64,000 nt of DNA, taken from positions 17,383-81,382 of the forward strand of contig QPMI01000277.1 of the NCBI GenBank assembly GCA_004431415.1, read 5' to 3'. This stretch comes from Cyanophora paradoxa CCMP329 (lineage: Eukaryota > Plantae > Glaucophyta). The notes beneath the pieces are model-generated. The model saw nothing but the letters and a program-made list of their open reading frames with translations. It was not told the origin of the DNA and made no database searches. This document shows positions 26,259 to 38,378 of the stretch, piece by piece (positions within the stretch are counted from its first letter, which is position 1; each line of letters opens with the position of its first letter). Position numbers and translations under genes: made by a program.

Positions 26259-29200
26259 ATGAGCTTTTCGGTCTTTTCGCAGCCACAGCCACCAACAGGA
26301 ATCGAGCATTGCGTGCGGGCGGCGTTCACCGGTCCCGACGATGTAAATCTCATCGTAGCGCGTAGCAGCGTCATCGAGGTCTTCCGCGTGATTGTTCGGG
26401 TTCGTACGCTCACGTCGCGCCCTTCGAGCACCCCGACCTGGCGCACCCAGGGCGTCGACGGCGAGCGGCTTGAGCTTCTCGGGCAGTACCCGCTGTTCGG
26501 CAATGTAGAGTCGATGAGAGTAGTGCGCTTCTCCGGCTTATCGACCGACTCGCTCCTCCTGGTCTTCCGCGAGGCGAAGGTGCCGCGCCCCATGGACTCA
26601 CGGCCAGCGAGCCGAGGCCGCGGGGGCGCAGCTATCCATCGTCGACTGGGATGCGAGCACGCACGATTTGCGCACGGAGCAGATCTACTCGTGGGAGGAC
26701 AAGCCGGAGCTGGATCTGAAGGCAAGCTGCCCTCCACTGGCGTGCCGTGGCGCTGAAAGGCGCGCGCGGCGCAGGACGGCCGGCACGACGCCGGAGCGAT
26801 GGTGCCGATGCTGCGCATAGATCCGCAGCATCGCTGCGGCGCCCTGCTGCTGCACGGCAGCCGCCTCGTGCTGCTGGCCTTCGAGGCCGGGGCAGCGGGG
26901 CCTAGCGGCTCGGGCCAGCTCATCGGGGACGACGACGAGCCCTTCGCGGATGCCAGCGATGCGCCGCATTCCGCGTGCGCCGCGCCACCCGCGAGAAGCG
27001 TCGCCGGCGCCGGCCTGAGCGCGGCGTGCGGGCAGGCGGACGCCCAAGGGGGCGGAGACTGCGGAGGTGCGTGCGGGGAGGCGGATCCGGTCGCAGCACA
27101 TGGTGCCACTGGGGGAGCTGGGGGAGGCGCCGGGGGTGGGGCGCGTGGTGGACCTCTGCTTCCTGGACGGGTACCTCGAGCCGACGCTCCTCTTCCTGCA
27201 CGCCTCAGCGCACCTGTGGGCGGGGCGCGCCGCCGCCGTCCCCCGCCGCGACATCGTTGCCGCCACCGCCGTATCCATCAACCTCCACGCCCAGCTCTAC
27301 CCGCAGGCCAGCCGCCCCCGCGGCCCGGCCCTGCCCGCTCCTAACGCGACGCGGCAGATCTGGAGCGTGACGGGCCTGCCGTACGATTGCGAGCAGGCGG
27401 TGGGCGTGCCAGCGCCGGCGGGCGGGGCGCTCGTCCTGACGCCCCACGCGGCGGTCTACGTGAACGCGGCCGTGCAGCGGGCCCTCCTCGTCAACGGCTA
27501 CGGCGTCGCGCAGGCCGCTGACGAGGCCACGTTCAGCCCGGCCGTCTCGAGCACAGGCCCGCCGCCCGCCCTCCCCCCTCGCGCGCCGGCCCGGCCACCC
27601 CGCGACGCGGCGCCGCAGACACGGGGCTGACGCTGTTGCTGGACGGGGCGAGCGTGGCGTTCCTCTCGGGCGCGCCGCCCCGGGCGCTGGTCGTCCTCCG
27701 CTCGGGAGAGCTCTTCACCCTCGCGCTGGCGGCGGACGCGCGGGGCGTCCGCGCGATGCACCTGCGGCGCGTGGGGATGGCGGTGCCGGCGACGGTCCTG
27801 ACGACCATCCCGGAGCGGAACCTGGTGCTGCTCGGCTCCCGCCTGGCGGACGCGCTGCTGCTGTCGTACTCGGAGGGCCCCGCCGCGGAACGGGAGGCGG
27901 GAGAGAGCGAGCGGAAGCGGCGGCGCGTGGAGGGCCCCGAGGGGCAGGAGGAGGACGAGGGGGAGATGGAGCAGCTCTTCGGGGGCGGGGAGGGGGCGGG
28001 GGGCCCGGCGCGGGGCGCGACTACCCTCAAGTTCGCTGTGCGTGAGGTCCTCCACGTGGCGGCCCCCGTCGCCGACCTCGCCGCCGGCGAGGCGTACGAG
28101 CCGCCCCAGGCCGAACCCGTGCCGGCCCTTCCCCCCACCTCCCCTCCGCCCCTGAGCGAGCGCCGCAGGAGCCGGCCGCGGGCAGGAGCATGGACCTCGT
28201 CGCCTGCGTCGGCCGCGGCCGCAGCGGCGCCCTCTGCGTCCTCCAGGTGCGCCCCGCCCCGCGCGCGGTAGCGCGGCAGCGTGCGGCGGCGTCAGACGCC
28301 GCCTCGCAGCAAAGCGTCCGGCCGGAGGTGATCACCTCATTTGAGGTGCCCGGCAGCCGCGCCGTCTGGCTTCTCCACCACTCCCGTGCGGCCCGCGGCC
28401 CGCGCGTGGCCCCCCGCGGCCAACGCCGCCGGCAGCCGGGGGGCCGAGCAAGCAGCCGGCGGGGGCCGAGTGGGACGCGGACTGGCACTCGTACATGGTC
28501 ATCTCCCTGGAGGACGCGACGCTGGCCCGCCCCTCCGCCCCGGCTCGCCCGCCGCCAGCCGCCGACCAGCCCGCAGGTCCTCTCCACGGGGGACGAACTC
28601 GAGGAGATCTCCGACCGCGTCGACTTCTGGACTGCCGTGCGCCCAGCGCCGCGCCGGCCGCCCCTCCTGGCCTCGAGCTCCGCGCAGGGCAGGACGGTCG
28701 AGTGCGGCTCGCTCCTGCAGCGGCGCCGCATCGTGCAGGCGCGCGGGGCGTCTTGCGCGTCCCGCGCCTCGCCGCCCGCTGACAGACCCGCTCAGGTCAC
28801 CCCCGCGTCGCTGCTTCTACTCGACGGCAGTGCGCCCGGCGCTTCCTCGATGGCCGGCCCGCGCTGACCGCGCCCCGCAGCGCGGCTGGCGCAGGAGGTG
28901 ACCATCGACGGCGCTGAGGTCGCGGCCGCCTCCGTCGCGGACCCCTACGTCATGCTCCTCCTGAAGGCGCGGCGAGGCCTCCGTGGCGTGTCCGCCGAGG
29001 GCCTCACGCGCGCGTAGGACGGGAGCGCGCGGCTCTTCGCGGCGGAGGCGGCGGACGGGCGGCTTCGCGAGGTGGCGGTCGCCATGGCGCACCAGGGGCC
29101 GGCCTCCAGGGTGAGCGCGCCCCGCCCGGGGGCCGGGGGCCGGCCTCACGGGGCGGCAGGCGGACGCCATCACGGCTCTGACGCTGTACGCGGACGCCTC

Positions 29201-32200
29201 GTCGCCGGCCTTCGAGCTCCCCGGGCAGGGGAGCGTCGACGTTGGCGAGCTCGAGCGCCGCGGCGCCGCGCCGCCCGCCGCCGCCGCCGCCGCCTCCGAC
29301 GCCGCCGCCGACGCCGCCGACGAAGAGGCCGCCCTTTACGGCGACAGCCGCCCCGACGCGCCGCCGGAGGGCGCGGCGGCCGGCTCCGCCCCGCCAGCGG
29401 CCGAGAGGGCCAAGGAGGCGGCAGTGCAGCAGCGGATTTTCTGCGCGGTGTGCCGGGCGAGCGGGCTGTTCGAGGTGCGCCGGGGCCGTCAGCCGGAGCC
29501 GGCGCGGGCGCCGAGGGGCCGGCAGATATACACGCTGCCGGACTTTGCGCTGGTCTTCGCCGCGCCGCGCCTCCCCGTCGGCTTCCCCCTCTACCGCCAT
29601 GTCGCCTCGGCGGAGAACGAGGTGAGGCGCGGCGATGCGGGCGGGCGCTGGGGCCGGGTGCGAGGCGGGCGGCAGGTGAAGGAGGCGAAGGCGGTGCGGG
29701 TGGTGGACCTCGCCCTCCACCAGTTCGCCGACGGCACCTGCCCCGTGCTCGCCGTGCGCCGCGCGCCCCCCGCCCCGCGCGCTGCCGGCGAGGGGCCCCG
29801 CAGGCGCTTCTGAACACGGGCGAGCTGCTCCTCTACCGCTCCTTCCATTTCACGGAGGGCCCCGGGCCGGCCACCCGCCACCCCGGCCCCAGCCGCCTCC
29901 CGCTCCGCTTCCGACGCGTCAACTTCGGTCGGGGCCTCCCCGGGGCGGCCGCGCGCGCGCCCTACTCAGCGTTCCGCAGGGGTCGTCACGCGCTCGGCGA
30001 AGGCGGTGGCGCCGGTGCCGCCGGCGGGGGCGGCGGGCGGGGGTCCGCAGGGTGAGAGCCCGGGGAGGCTCGTGCGCTTCGAGAACGTCGGGGAGCGCTC
30101 GGGCCTCTTCGTCTCCGGCGAGCGCCCGCTCTGGGTCTTCGCCAAGTGCGGACCCCCGCCCCGCCCCTGGCGCCCGCCCAGGCCCGACGGCCTCCGCAGC
30201 CGGGGCCACCCGGTGGTGCACCCGATGCAGGGCCCCGTCCTGGGCTTCGGCGCCTTCCACAACGTCAACTGCCCGCGCGGCTTCGTCTCCCTCGCCGCCG
30301 TCCGCCCCCCGGCCGGCGCGCGCTTCGCTCCGGGGCCCACGCGCCGCCGCGCAGGGCGCGGTCCGCATCGGGCGTCTCCGGGCGGGCGTTGCGTACGAGC
30401 AGCCCTGGCCGGCCCGCAAGGTCGGCCCTACGCCGCCTGCGCCCGCCGTGGCTCTCACAGCCGCCCCCGCAGATCGCGATGCGCTGCACGCCGCACCTCG
30501 TCACGTACCACCCGGAGACGCAGGTCTACGCAGTGGCGGTCTCGAGCCCCGCCCCGCCCCTCGCGAAGGAGCAGATCCCCACCGTGACCAAGATTGATGC
30601 CGCCACCGGCGAGGGTCCGCCCCCGTGGCCCGCACCCGCGGCCGCTGCCCAGCGTCCCCGGGCGCAGAGGTCTCGGCGCCGCTGTGGCCGGAGGCGCGGC
30701 CACGGTGCCCGCAGGCGGTGGACGACGCTTACGAGGTCCGGCTGCTGGACCCGGCGCTCGACTTCGCGGTGCGCGGGGCGGCGTCGCCTCCGTCGTGCAG
30801 GCAGCGAGGCGGCGCGCAGGTGCAAGACCGGTTCGCGATGGAGCGGAACGAGGCGGTCGTGTGCCTGCGCGCCGTGACTCTCAAGAACCTCGTCACCTCG
30901 CCGAGGCACGCTTCCGCCGCCACGGCCGCCCCGCCGGCGGTGTCGTGCCGGCCCGGCCCGACTGACGCGCTCCTCCGCAGCGGGCCAAACCTGCCGCCGC
31001 GACTCACGGACGCGGGCCCGAGACAGGTGCTGGCCGTCGGGACAGGCATCACAGTCGGGGAGGACCAGCCCGGCAAGGGCCGCGTATCCTCCAGCCGCCC
31101 CCGCGCCCCGCGTCCCCGGCCCCGCGCCGCGCGCCCCGCGCCCCGCTGCGGCCTTGACCCTGCCAGGTGCTGGTGTTCGAGGTGAGGCGGGGGCCGGCGG
31201 CGGACGGGGCGGGGCGCGGCGCGGCGGGACTGCGGTTGGCGTACCAGCGGGAGCAGCGCGGGGCGGTGACGGCGGTGGCAGCGATGGAGGGGTACCTGGT
31301 GGTGGGCGTGGGCCAGAAGGTCTACGTGTACATGTGGCAGAACGAGCAGGAGCTCGTGGGCGCCGCCTTCTTCGACGCCGGCCTCGCCACCGTCGCTCTC
31401 CACGCCGTCAAGAACTTCCTCCTCGTCGCCGACATCTTCCAGTCCTCCGCCCTCATGCGCTGGAAGGCCCGCCCTCGCGCCTCTCCCCGCCCCCCGCCTT
31501 CCGCCCACCAGCCGCCGCAGGAGGGCGAACAGCGGCAGCTCCTGCCCCTCGGGAAGGACTGGGAGCGCGCGCAGGCACGCCACGCCTCCGCCGCGCTCCG
31601 GGGGCCCGCTCACCGGCCGCCAGACGTACGCGGCGGAGTTCGTCATCGACCACACCTCCCTGGGGCTCCTCATGTCTGACCACAACAAGGTCCTCCCCGC
31701 CGGCCTCCTTCGCGCGGGCGTCCCGCGGCTCACTGCCGGCAGAACCTGATTGTTTTTAACTACGCCCCATCGAGTGCGCGGGCTGCGGCGAAGGGGGCGC
31801 CCTTCCGGCGTTGAGTTTGGGCTTGACGCGCGGCAGACGTCGAGTCGCGGGGCGGGCAGCGTCTCCTCCGTCACGGCCTCTTCCACGTTGGGTGCTTGCC
31901 CCGCGGGGGCCCCGCCTCCCCCCTTCACTCACCGCAGAGCTCCTGGCGCCAGATCCCGCATCAACAAGTTCGTGAGGCTGAAGATGGGGAGCCCCGGCGC
32001 GGGAAAAAGCGCAGCGGCGCAGAAGGCGACGCGGCACGCGCTCTTCTTCGGTGCGGCGGGGCGGCGGGCGGGGCGGCGGCGGGGCCTGAGGGGGCGGCAG
32101 GGACCCTGGACGGCGGCCTTGGCTTCGTGGCGCCCATCCCGGAGGCCTCCTTCCGCCGCCTGCATGCCCTCTCCGCCCGCCTCGTCACTGCCGTGCGCCT

Positions 32201-32585
32201 CGGCCGGGGCCCCCGAGGCCTGCCAGCCCACCCGCGGGACCGCGCAGGTCCCCCACTACGCCGGCCTCAACCCGTCGGCCTTCCGGTGCGCGCGCTGGCG
32301 GCGGACGGGCCGCGGCCTCTCATGAGCCCTGCGCAGGGCATTCCGCGGGGAGGTAGCGAGGAGCGATTGCGCGGCGCAGAACGTCGTGGATGGCGCGCCG
32401 CCGCCCCTCGCTGCAAGCGTGCTGCCCGAAAGCTGCAGGCTGATGCGGCCACAGGGGAGCTGGTCGCGGCGTACGCTTTCCTGGACGGAAAGGAGCAGAA
32501 GGCGCTCGCGGCGTCGATCGCCTCGAGTCCCGCGACCCTCATCGCCGATCTTGCCGAGCTGCAAGCCGCCTGCACCCTTTTTTGA
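26259..32585 (+). CDS. CPSF1: Cleavage and polyadenylation specificity factor 160 kDa subunit
   Basis: PPTGIEHCVRAAFT..NLIVARSSVIEVF, YPLFGNVESM, LRIDPQHRCGALL, VVDLCFLDGYLEPTLLFL, LLGSRLADALLL, FGAFHNVNCPRGF, LAVGT..GEDQPGKGR, VKNFLLVADIFQS, GTLDGGLG, HYAGLNPSAFR; >30 short introns; TGA 32585. Confidence 0.95.
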
Positions 32586-32878
32586 ACTCACCTCGCCCCC
32601 CCTCCTCCCCCCCCCCCCCCCAGTTCCCCCCTTCCCCCCTTTCCCTCTCCCTCCCCTGCCTACTCCCCGCCTCACTTCCCCCCGCACCCCCCACCCCCCT
32701 CCCCCCTTCCCCCCCCCCCCCCCCCCGATCCCCCACCCCGCCCTATCCCCACCCTCCTCCTTCCCCCAAGTCTCCTTTTTTTTGTCTTCCCTTGCGGACT
32801 TGCCGCCAGTCTCACGGGGTGAACTCTTTTCCGCGACCGGCGAGGGCGCGGCGAGCCGGCTAGAAATCGCGTGGGGCT

Positions 32879-34835
32879 TCAGCCGGGAGGGGTCGGGGCG
32901 GGGTTCTGGGCCGGGAGCCGTAGCAGGGCCCCCGCGGCGCGCTTGACGACGTCGAGCATGAACGCCCCCGGGAAGCGGCCGAGCTCGCCCTGCGCGCACG
33001 CCGCCTCCGTGAAGCGCCGCGCCCGCCCCCCCACGCCGCCAGGGGCGGGAATGGGCCCCACGGCGAAGGGGACGGGCTCGTGCGAGTGGTCTCCAAAGTC
33101 GACGGGCGTGCTGTGGTCCCCCGTCACGCACACCACGAACTGCGGCGTGGTGACCCCGGGAGAGGCGCCCCGGGGCCGGCGGGCGACTGAGGCGACCTCT
33201 TCGGGGCGGTGCGGGGGCCGGGAGAGGGCGTCGAGAAGGGAGGCGACCATGGCGTCGCAGCGCTCGAGGAACTCCACCTGCCGCGTTCGGCAAGCGCGCG
33301 GTCGCTGGGCGGCCGGCGGCGAGCAGCGCAGGAGCGTGCCTTGAGCGCCGCGTTTCTGTCGTGGCCCGCGTCGTCGACCGCCTTCACGTGCACGAACCCA
33401 AAGTCGTAGCCAGCATCGCCCGCTCCTGCGCCAACCCTCGCGAGCCGAGGTGGGGTGATCCTCGAGCGGGCGCACGGGCAAAGAGCTCGGCCGCGGCGCG
33501 CGCCTTGGCCTGCAGGTCGGTGTGGTAGTCCCCTGTGGCGCCGGGAACGGCCTCGACGTCTGCCGAAGGTGTCGCGGCGACCGCGCGCGCGGGTGGCGCA
33601 GGCCGCACGCATGCCGAGGGAGATGCCGAGGCCGGCAATGATGCAGGTCGGGGCGATCATGAAGGGCCGCAGCCCGTGCCGCTCCTCGAAGGGTTCCACC
33701 TGCGCGGGGCGGCCGGTCGGTGGCGCGCAGGCGCCCGGCGGAGGCCGGCTGCGTGCGCCGCCAAACCGAAAGGCGGCAGCCGGGGCCGCGCAGGAGAACC
33801 GCGTTGGCGGGGTTCTTGCCGGCGGCGACGCGGGCCGCGTTGATGGGGTGCGTGCGGAGGCGATGCCGTATGCAGTCGCTCAACTCGTTCACGAGCCGCG
33901 CCGTGAGCTCCGCCTCGCGCGACTTGTCTAAGGGCACCGAACGCTCGAGAGGCCGTCTGCGAGCGCTCTCAGAGGCCGCGGCGGCTGGCAGCGAAGGCAT
34001 GTGGGGCCGCGCCCGTCCACTAGGGGGTCAGTGCCCCCAATGGCGTCCGTGATGTCGGGTCCAGATATGCTCAGGCCGCACCTGCGCCACGTCTCAGCGA
34101 ACGGAGGGCCTTCTCGGATTCGAGCGCCCCCCTCGTTGCGCACCTGTGCTCGGTGGCGTATCTCACCGTCACCCTGTGCTGGGGGAACGATGGAAGTGGA
34201 CTGCCGTCGTAGAAGGCATCAACTCAGCGAAGGCTTCGCGCACGCGCGCACGAGCGCGCACAGTCCGTCGAGGGCCGCGCAGAGCTCCGGCCCGAGACCC
34301 TCGAAGTTGCGGTCCGCGCGCCGCTTCACAACGATTTCCGTTTCGTCATCCACGTACGCAAAGTTGCACTGAACGCAATGTGAGGCGTCGCCCGGCAGCG
34401 CTGCGCAGGCGCCGGACCTTGAATGCCACGTCGCCGGCGCTCATAGGGAGGCCCGCCCCAAGCGACTCGAACGCACCGCGGCCCCTATAGTACCTTGGAC
34501 GCGAGCGCGCGATCAGCACGACGAGGCGCGATGCGCGCGGAGCGCCGCGCTCACTGCCAAGGCGGGTAGCCGAGCATCGACATGTGCGCCGTGTCGCTGC
34601 CGCACGCCAGCCCTGGCTGAACGGGGTCCATCAGGCCCACTGCGCCACTCTCTGTGCTTGCGCAGTCAAAGCGCGCGAGCGCGCTCGCCGAGCTCGCTCG
34701 CCGCCGGCTCGCACCGGCTATCGAGTCGAGCGCCGGGATGCGGGCGGCCTCCAGCGGAGAGCGCCAGCCGAGCCCCGGCACTGCCACATCCGCGATCCCG
34801 TCGATGCATATGACGAGGAAGCGCGCCCGCGCCAT
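32879..34835 (-). CDS. apgM: Cofactor-independent phosphoglycerate mutase, archaeal/ApgM (COG3635) type
   Basis: ICIDGIADVAVP, GLMDPVQPGLACGSDTAHMSMLGY, PANAVLLRGPG, GATGDYHTDL, YDFGFVHVKAVDDAGHD, VTGDHSTPV..GDHSHEPVPF, GELGRFPG. Confidence 0.93.
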
Positions 34836-35038
34836 CGCAGCTGCACAGCACGACCGGCGCGAGGCGGCTGTGCCGCCGCGACAAGCTGGCGTAGTTGATG
34901 AGCGGGCCCGCAATAATACTAGCTGAGAAGTTTTGCAGGCGATGCGTGCAGGCCGGCGCCGTCCTTCGTCGTGTTTGTTTTTTCGGTGGGGGGGTAGACG
35001 ACAAGGAACCGAGCATAGCTTTCAGCAAGCAGAGCAGC

Positions 35039-35879
35039 ATGGTGCTGACACAACAGGCGAGCTATCGTAGAGTATGCCATCCCCGAATTTCCCACGAGCC
35101 TCCCATGCGCAGGAAATCGATGCCTGCAGAGATGCCTTCGACCGCTTCGACAAGGACAACAGGCAAGCGCGGGCATCTTCCTTTGCAGTGTACATACTAG
35201 CCGCATGCTCTAAAACGCCTACCGCAGCGGGGCGATTGATGTCTGGGAGCTAAAGAGCACCCTAGCCGAGCTGGGGCAGGCTCCGAGCGAGGAGGAGCTC
35301 TTTCAGATGATCAGCCAAGTAGGTTAGTCTGCTGAAGTGTGGTGTTGGCTGTGCGGTAGCGCGCTGAGCCCTCGCAGACGACGACGGCAGTGGCGGCATC
35401 ACGTTCAGCTCGTTCCTGAAGCTCATCGAGATCCAGAAGACGAGATTGAAAGCGGAGGACGATGAGAGCGACACAATTGACGCGTGCGCGCTCGCTGTTG
35501 CCCCCGCTCCCTACGTGCTTGCTCACTGCGCATGTTATCGCTAGCTTCGTGGCTATGGGCGGCAATCCAGGTGCTTTCTGTTACAAATGCATGGAAGCAT
35601 TCTTGAGAGAATGTTGAATTAGACTCGTCAGATAAGACTGGAGAGATTGCCACGGACAAGCTGCGCAAGACGATCAAGCAGTTCGAGCTCACAGTTCGCA
35701 ACAGCTGCCCTTGCACTCCCTGGCACTTCCCTGATTGCATGCGTGTGCAGATTGATATCGACCAATTAATAGCAGAAACAGACACAGACGGATCTGGTTT
35801 TATAGATTATGAGGAATTCAAAACCATGTTATCAGAAAAAGTAAATTCTCTGATCTTATCTGTACACCCCAGCGAATAA
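35039..35879 (+). CDS. LC4: Outer-arm dynein light chain 4 (18 kDa EF-hand/calmodulin-like)
   Basis: Spliced: MVLTQQEIDACRDAFDRFDKDNSGAIDVWELKSTLAELGQAPSEEELFQMISQVDDDGSG...DTIDAFVAMGGNPDKTGEI..DKLR..IKQFELTIDIDQLI.ETDTDGSGFIDYEEFKTMLS; the FVAxGGNxDKTG motif is characteristic of flagellar LC4. Confidence 0.88.
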
Positions 35880-36394
35880 TTGTCTGAACTCAACTCGTGC
35901 AGGTTGGCAAGGATCAATAGCTTGCGGCCAAGCTGCGCAAGTCGATCTCTCTTGCAGATTACATGCCACACTTGTAGCCCGGATGTTGCGATTCTACTAG
36001 CTAGCTTTAGTGTTGGTCACCATAACCAACGACAAATTTCCAATAACAGGAAGGTGACCAGCCAGCCTAGGGGCTGGATTTCTTTGATAACGATAACGAT
36101 TAGGCCCTGAGGGGTTGTGCATCTTTGATTACGATTATGATTAGTCCCTGAGGGTTTGGGTGCCTTTGCAAATTGATTACGATGACAATTAGGCCCTGAA
36201 GCGTTGGAAAAGGACTTCACCGAGTCAGAAGTGAAATTATTAAAAAGCGTGCATACATGTATTCAGAGGGGGCTAGTTTATGGTGCCGCTGGGCGTGGCC
36301 ATGCGAGCCGTGCAGTTCTAGCAGGCTGGCGGCGAGAGCGAGCAGAGCTGGTTTTCCAGGAGCAAGCACAAGTACAGGGTACAAGTGTGTCACC

Positions 36395-37981
36395 CACAGC
36401 GCTTCAAAAGAATATTTTTCCGCCAAGTCGAGGGGGGGGGGGAGAAACCGGGCTACTATGGCGTGAAGTCGTGCCATCATCCCGGCTAGCTAGCGCGCTT
36501 CGACCGAGTGCGAATGCGTCAAAAGCGATAGCTAGAGCGCGCTACGCGTCGTTTTTCGCATGTCCCCGCTCCCCCAGTGACCTAGGTTCAAAAAGTGGTG
36601 CGTGAGACAGCCGTTCTAGCTACAGCGCGCCCATCTCGCGCTAATCGACGCGTAGCAGCTCTTGTAATGATGCAAAACTAACATTGGCTATCGCTACAGG
36701 CAGGGACGGGGTCGTTTTGATGGTCACGGCCGGCGGCCCTCCGCCCAGTGTGAGCCACGGCACCAGCGGCGGAGCCCCACCGCCACCGACAGCGAGCGGC
36801 CTACGTGCGCATCGATCAACAAAGCCAGAAACTGCAACAAGCGACCGGCGAGCGCACCAGGGTAGCGAGGCGCCGAGGTGCCATGGCGGTCATCTTGGCC
36901 ATTCCGGCGGCGCTCGCTGCATCCCCGCAGTTTAGCCAGCTTATGTCGACAATGAAGTGGTTTCATACCGTAAAAGCGCACCAAGACACGCCGTGGGCGC
37001 CGTGGTGGTGAACTGGCTGCAGGTCTCCAACTGGTGGTGCAGAGTTAGGGGCGCACAGCGCAGCGCCTGGGCCGGGAAGCAGCGCGCATAGTTTATATCT
37101 AACATATAGAAAGAGAAGAACGCACTTCCGGGCGGCGGGGCTCAGTTTCCAGGTCGGCGGTCCGCGAACCACCCCCCTTGGCGCGGCGAGGCCGGGCGCG
37201 CCACCCGCTGCGCGGCGGCGGGTCAGATCTTGCACGCGGATAGTAAACATGCATGTCGAAGTGCTGGAGTACCGCTAAAGCAACCTGGCGTCGAAGAAGA
37301 GCGAGGCGCAACCGAAACGCGATGGGGGCAAAGGGATCTGGGGCGCGCGACCGCTTCCCGTGAGCGGAACCGAGCCACGACCACCGAGAGAGGTACGCAC
37401 ATGGATAATAGAGCCCCGGAACGCATACAGGATGAGCGGCGCCGCGCTGGTTGGGCAGGCGTAGGACCGCCGGGAGGCACCCCTCCGTCCGAACACGCAG
37501 AAGCTGCGCGGGCGGTTCAGATCGCAGACAGTGGATGGAAATGCATCTAGAGGTCCGGAAAGACACCTGACAGCGAGCTGCGCCCAGAGATCCGAAAGTC
37601 GCTCCTAGCTTCCGCGCCCGAGATGCGCTGCCAGGCCGCCGGGCGCGCGTGAAGCCCCCGGAAGTGCTGTACTACGTCCGGAAAGAGCGCTGGTCATGCT
37701 GGCTGGTCGGTGGATACGTCGGATGCGCCGTCGGCCTCAGGCTGCTCAGCTGCCGATTCCTGGGCGGGCGGGCGATCCGGGCGGCCTCAGGTGGCGAGGA
37801 CTCGTCCAATCGATGTTAGCTAGGCAATACTGCTCGCTGCCAGAGCAAGAGGCGATGGCGTGGAGGTCGCCGTCGCCGTGCCTTAACGCTGAGGCTAGCG
37901 CTTAGACTCTAGCGTACCCCTTTTGGGGGGGGAATAAATGAATTTCGACTTGGCGCTAATAAATTCTTTTGAAGCGCTGTG
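36395..37981. repeat. Inverted pair of 37-bp repeats (36395-36431 and 37945-37981), each next to a G/C run; likely terminal repeats of the tyrosine-recombinase retroelement
   Basis: cacagcgcttcaaaagaatatttttccgccaagtcga vs reverse complement cacagcgcttcaaaagaatttattagcgccaagtcga (33/37 identical); the right copy lies just downstream of the truncated DIRS RT. Confidence 0.6.
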
Positions 37982-38378
37982 CCGGGTGTGAGCCCGGGAG
38001 GGGTACATGAAAAGTAGTGGGGGTCCAATCGGCGCACTCAATGCGAGCAGGTCGTGGGACCTGTACGCTTCTCCGGCGAGAGCGGGACGCCGAGGTCCGC
38101 GCAGGTGGCGGCCAGGTGAGCCATGGCCGCCGCGCACTCGCCCGTCCCGCTCCGGCCCGTGCTGAGGATGTCATCGACGAAGCGGATGGGCTGGAAGCCT
38201 TCCTGCCGCATCGCCCAGTCGATGACCTCAGCGAGATCTTCGAAGATACGTGGAGACGAGCGGCCGCCGAAGGGGAGGACGATATCAAAGTAGTACTCGT
38301 ACTGGTCCGGTCGGGCGGGGTCGGGGAGCTTGTACCCCAGCAGCCCCCAGTCGGCGGGGCGCACGGGGCAGAGCTTGA

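Noticed and set aside
26213-34000. Many long antisense or alternate-frame ORFs over CPSF160 and iPGM
   Set aside because: Expected shadows of very GC-rich coding and intron sequence
3075-35879. Alternative genetic code to explain in-frame stops in conserved genes
   Set aside because: The stops examined fall within short introns once GC donors are allowed; TAA, TAG and TGA all serve as terminal stops
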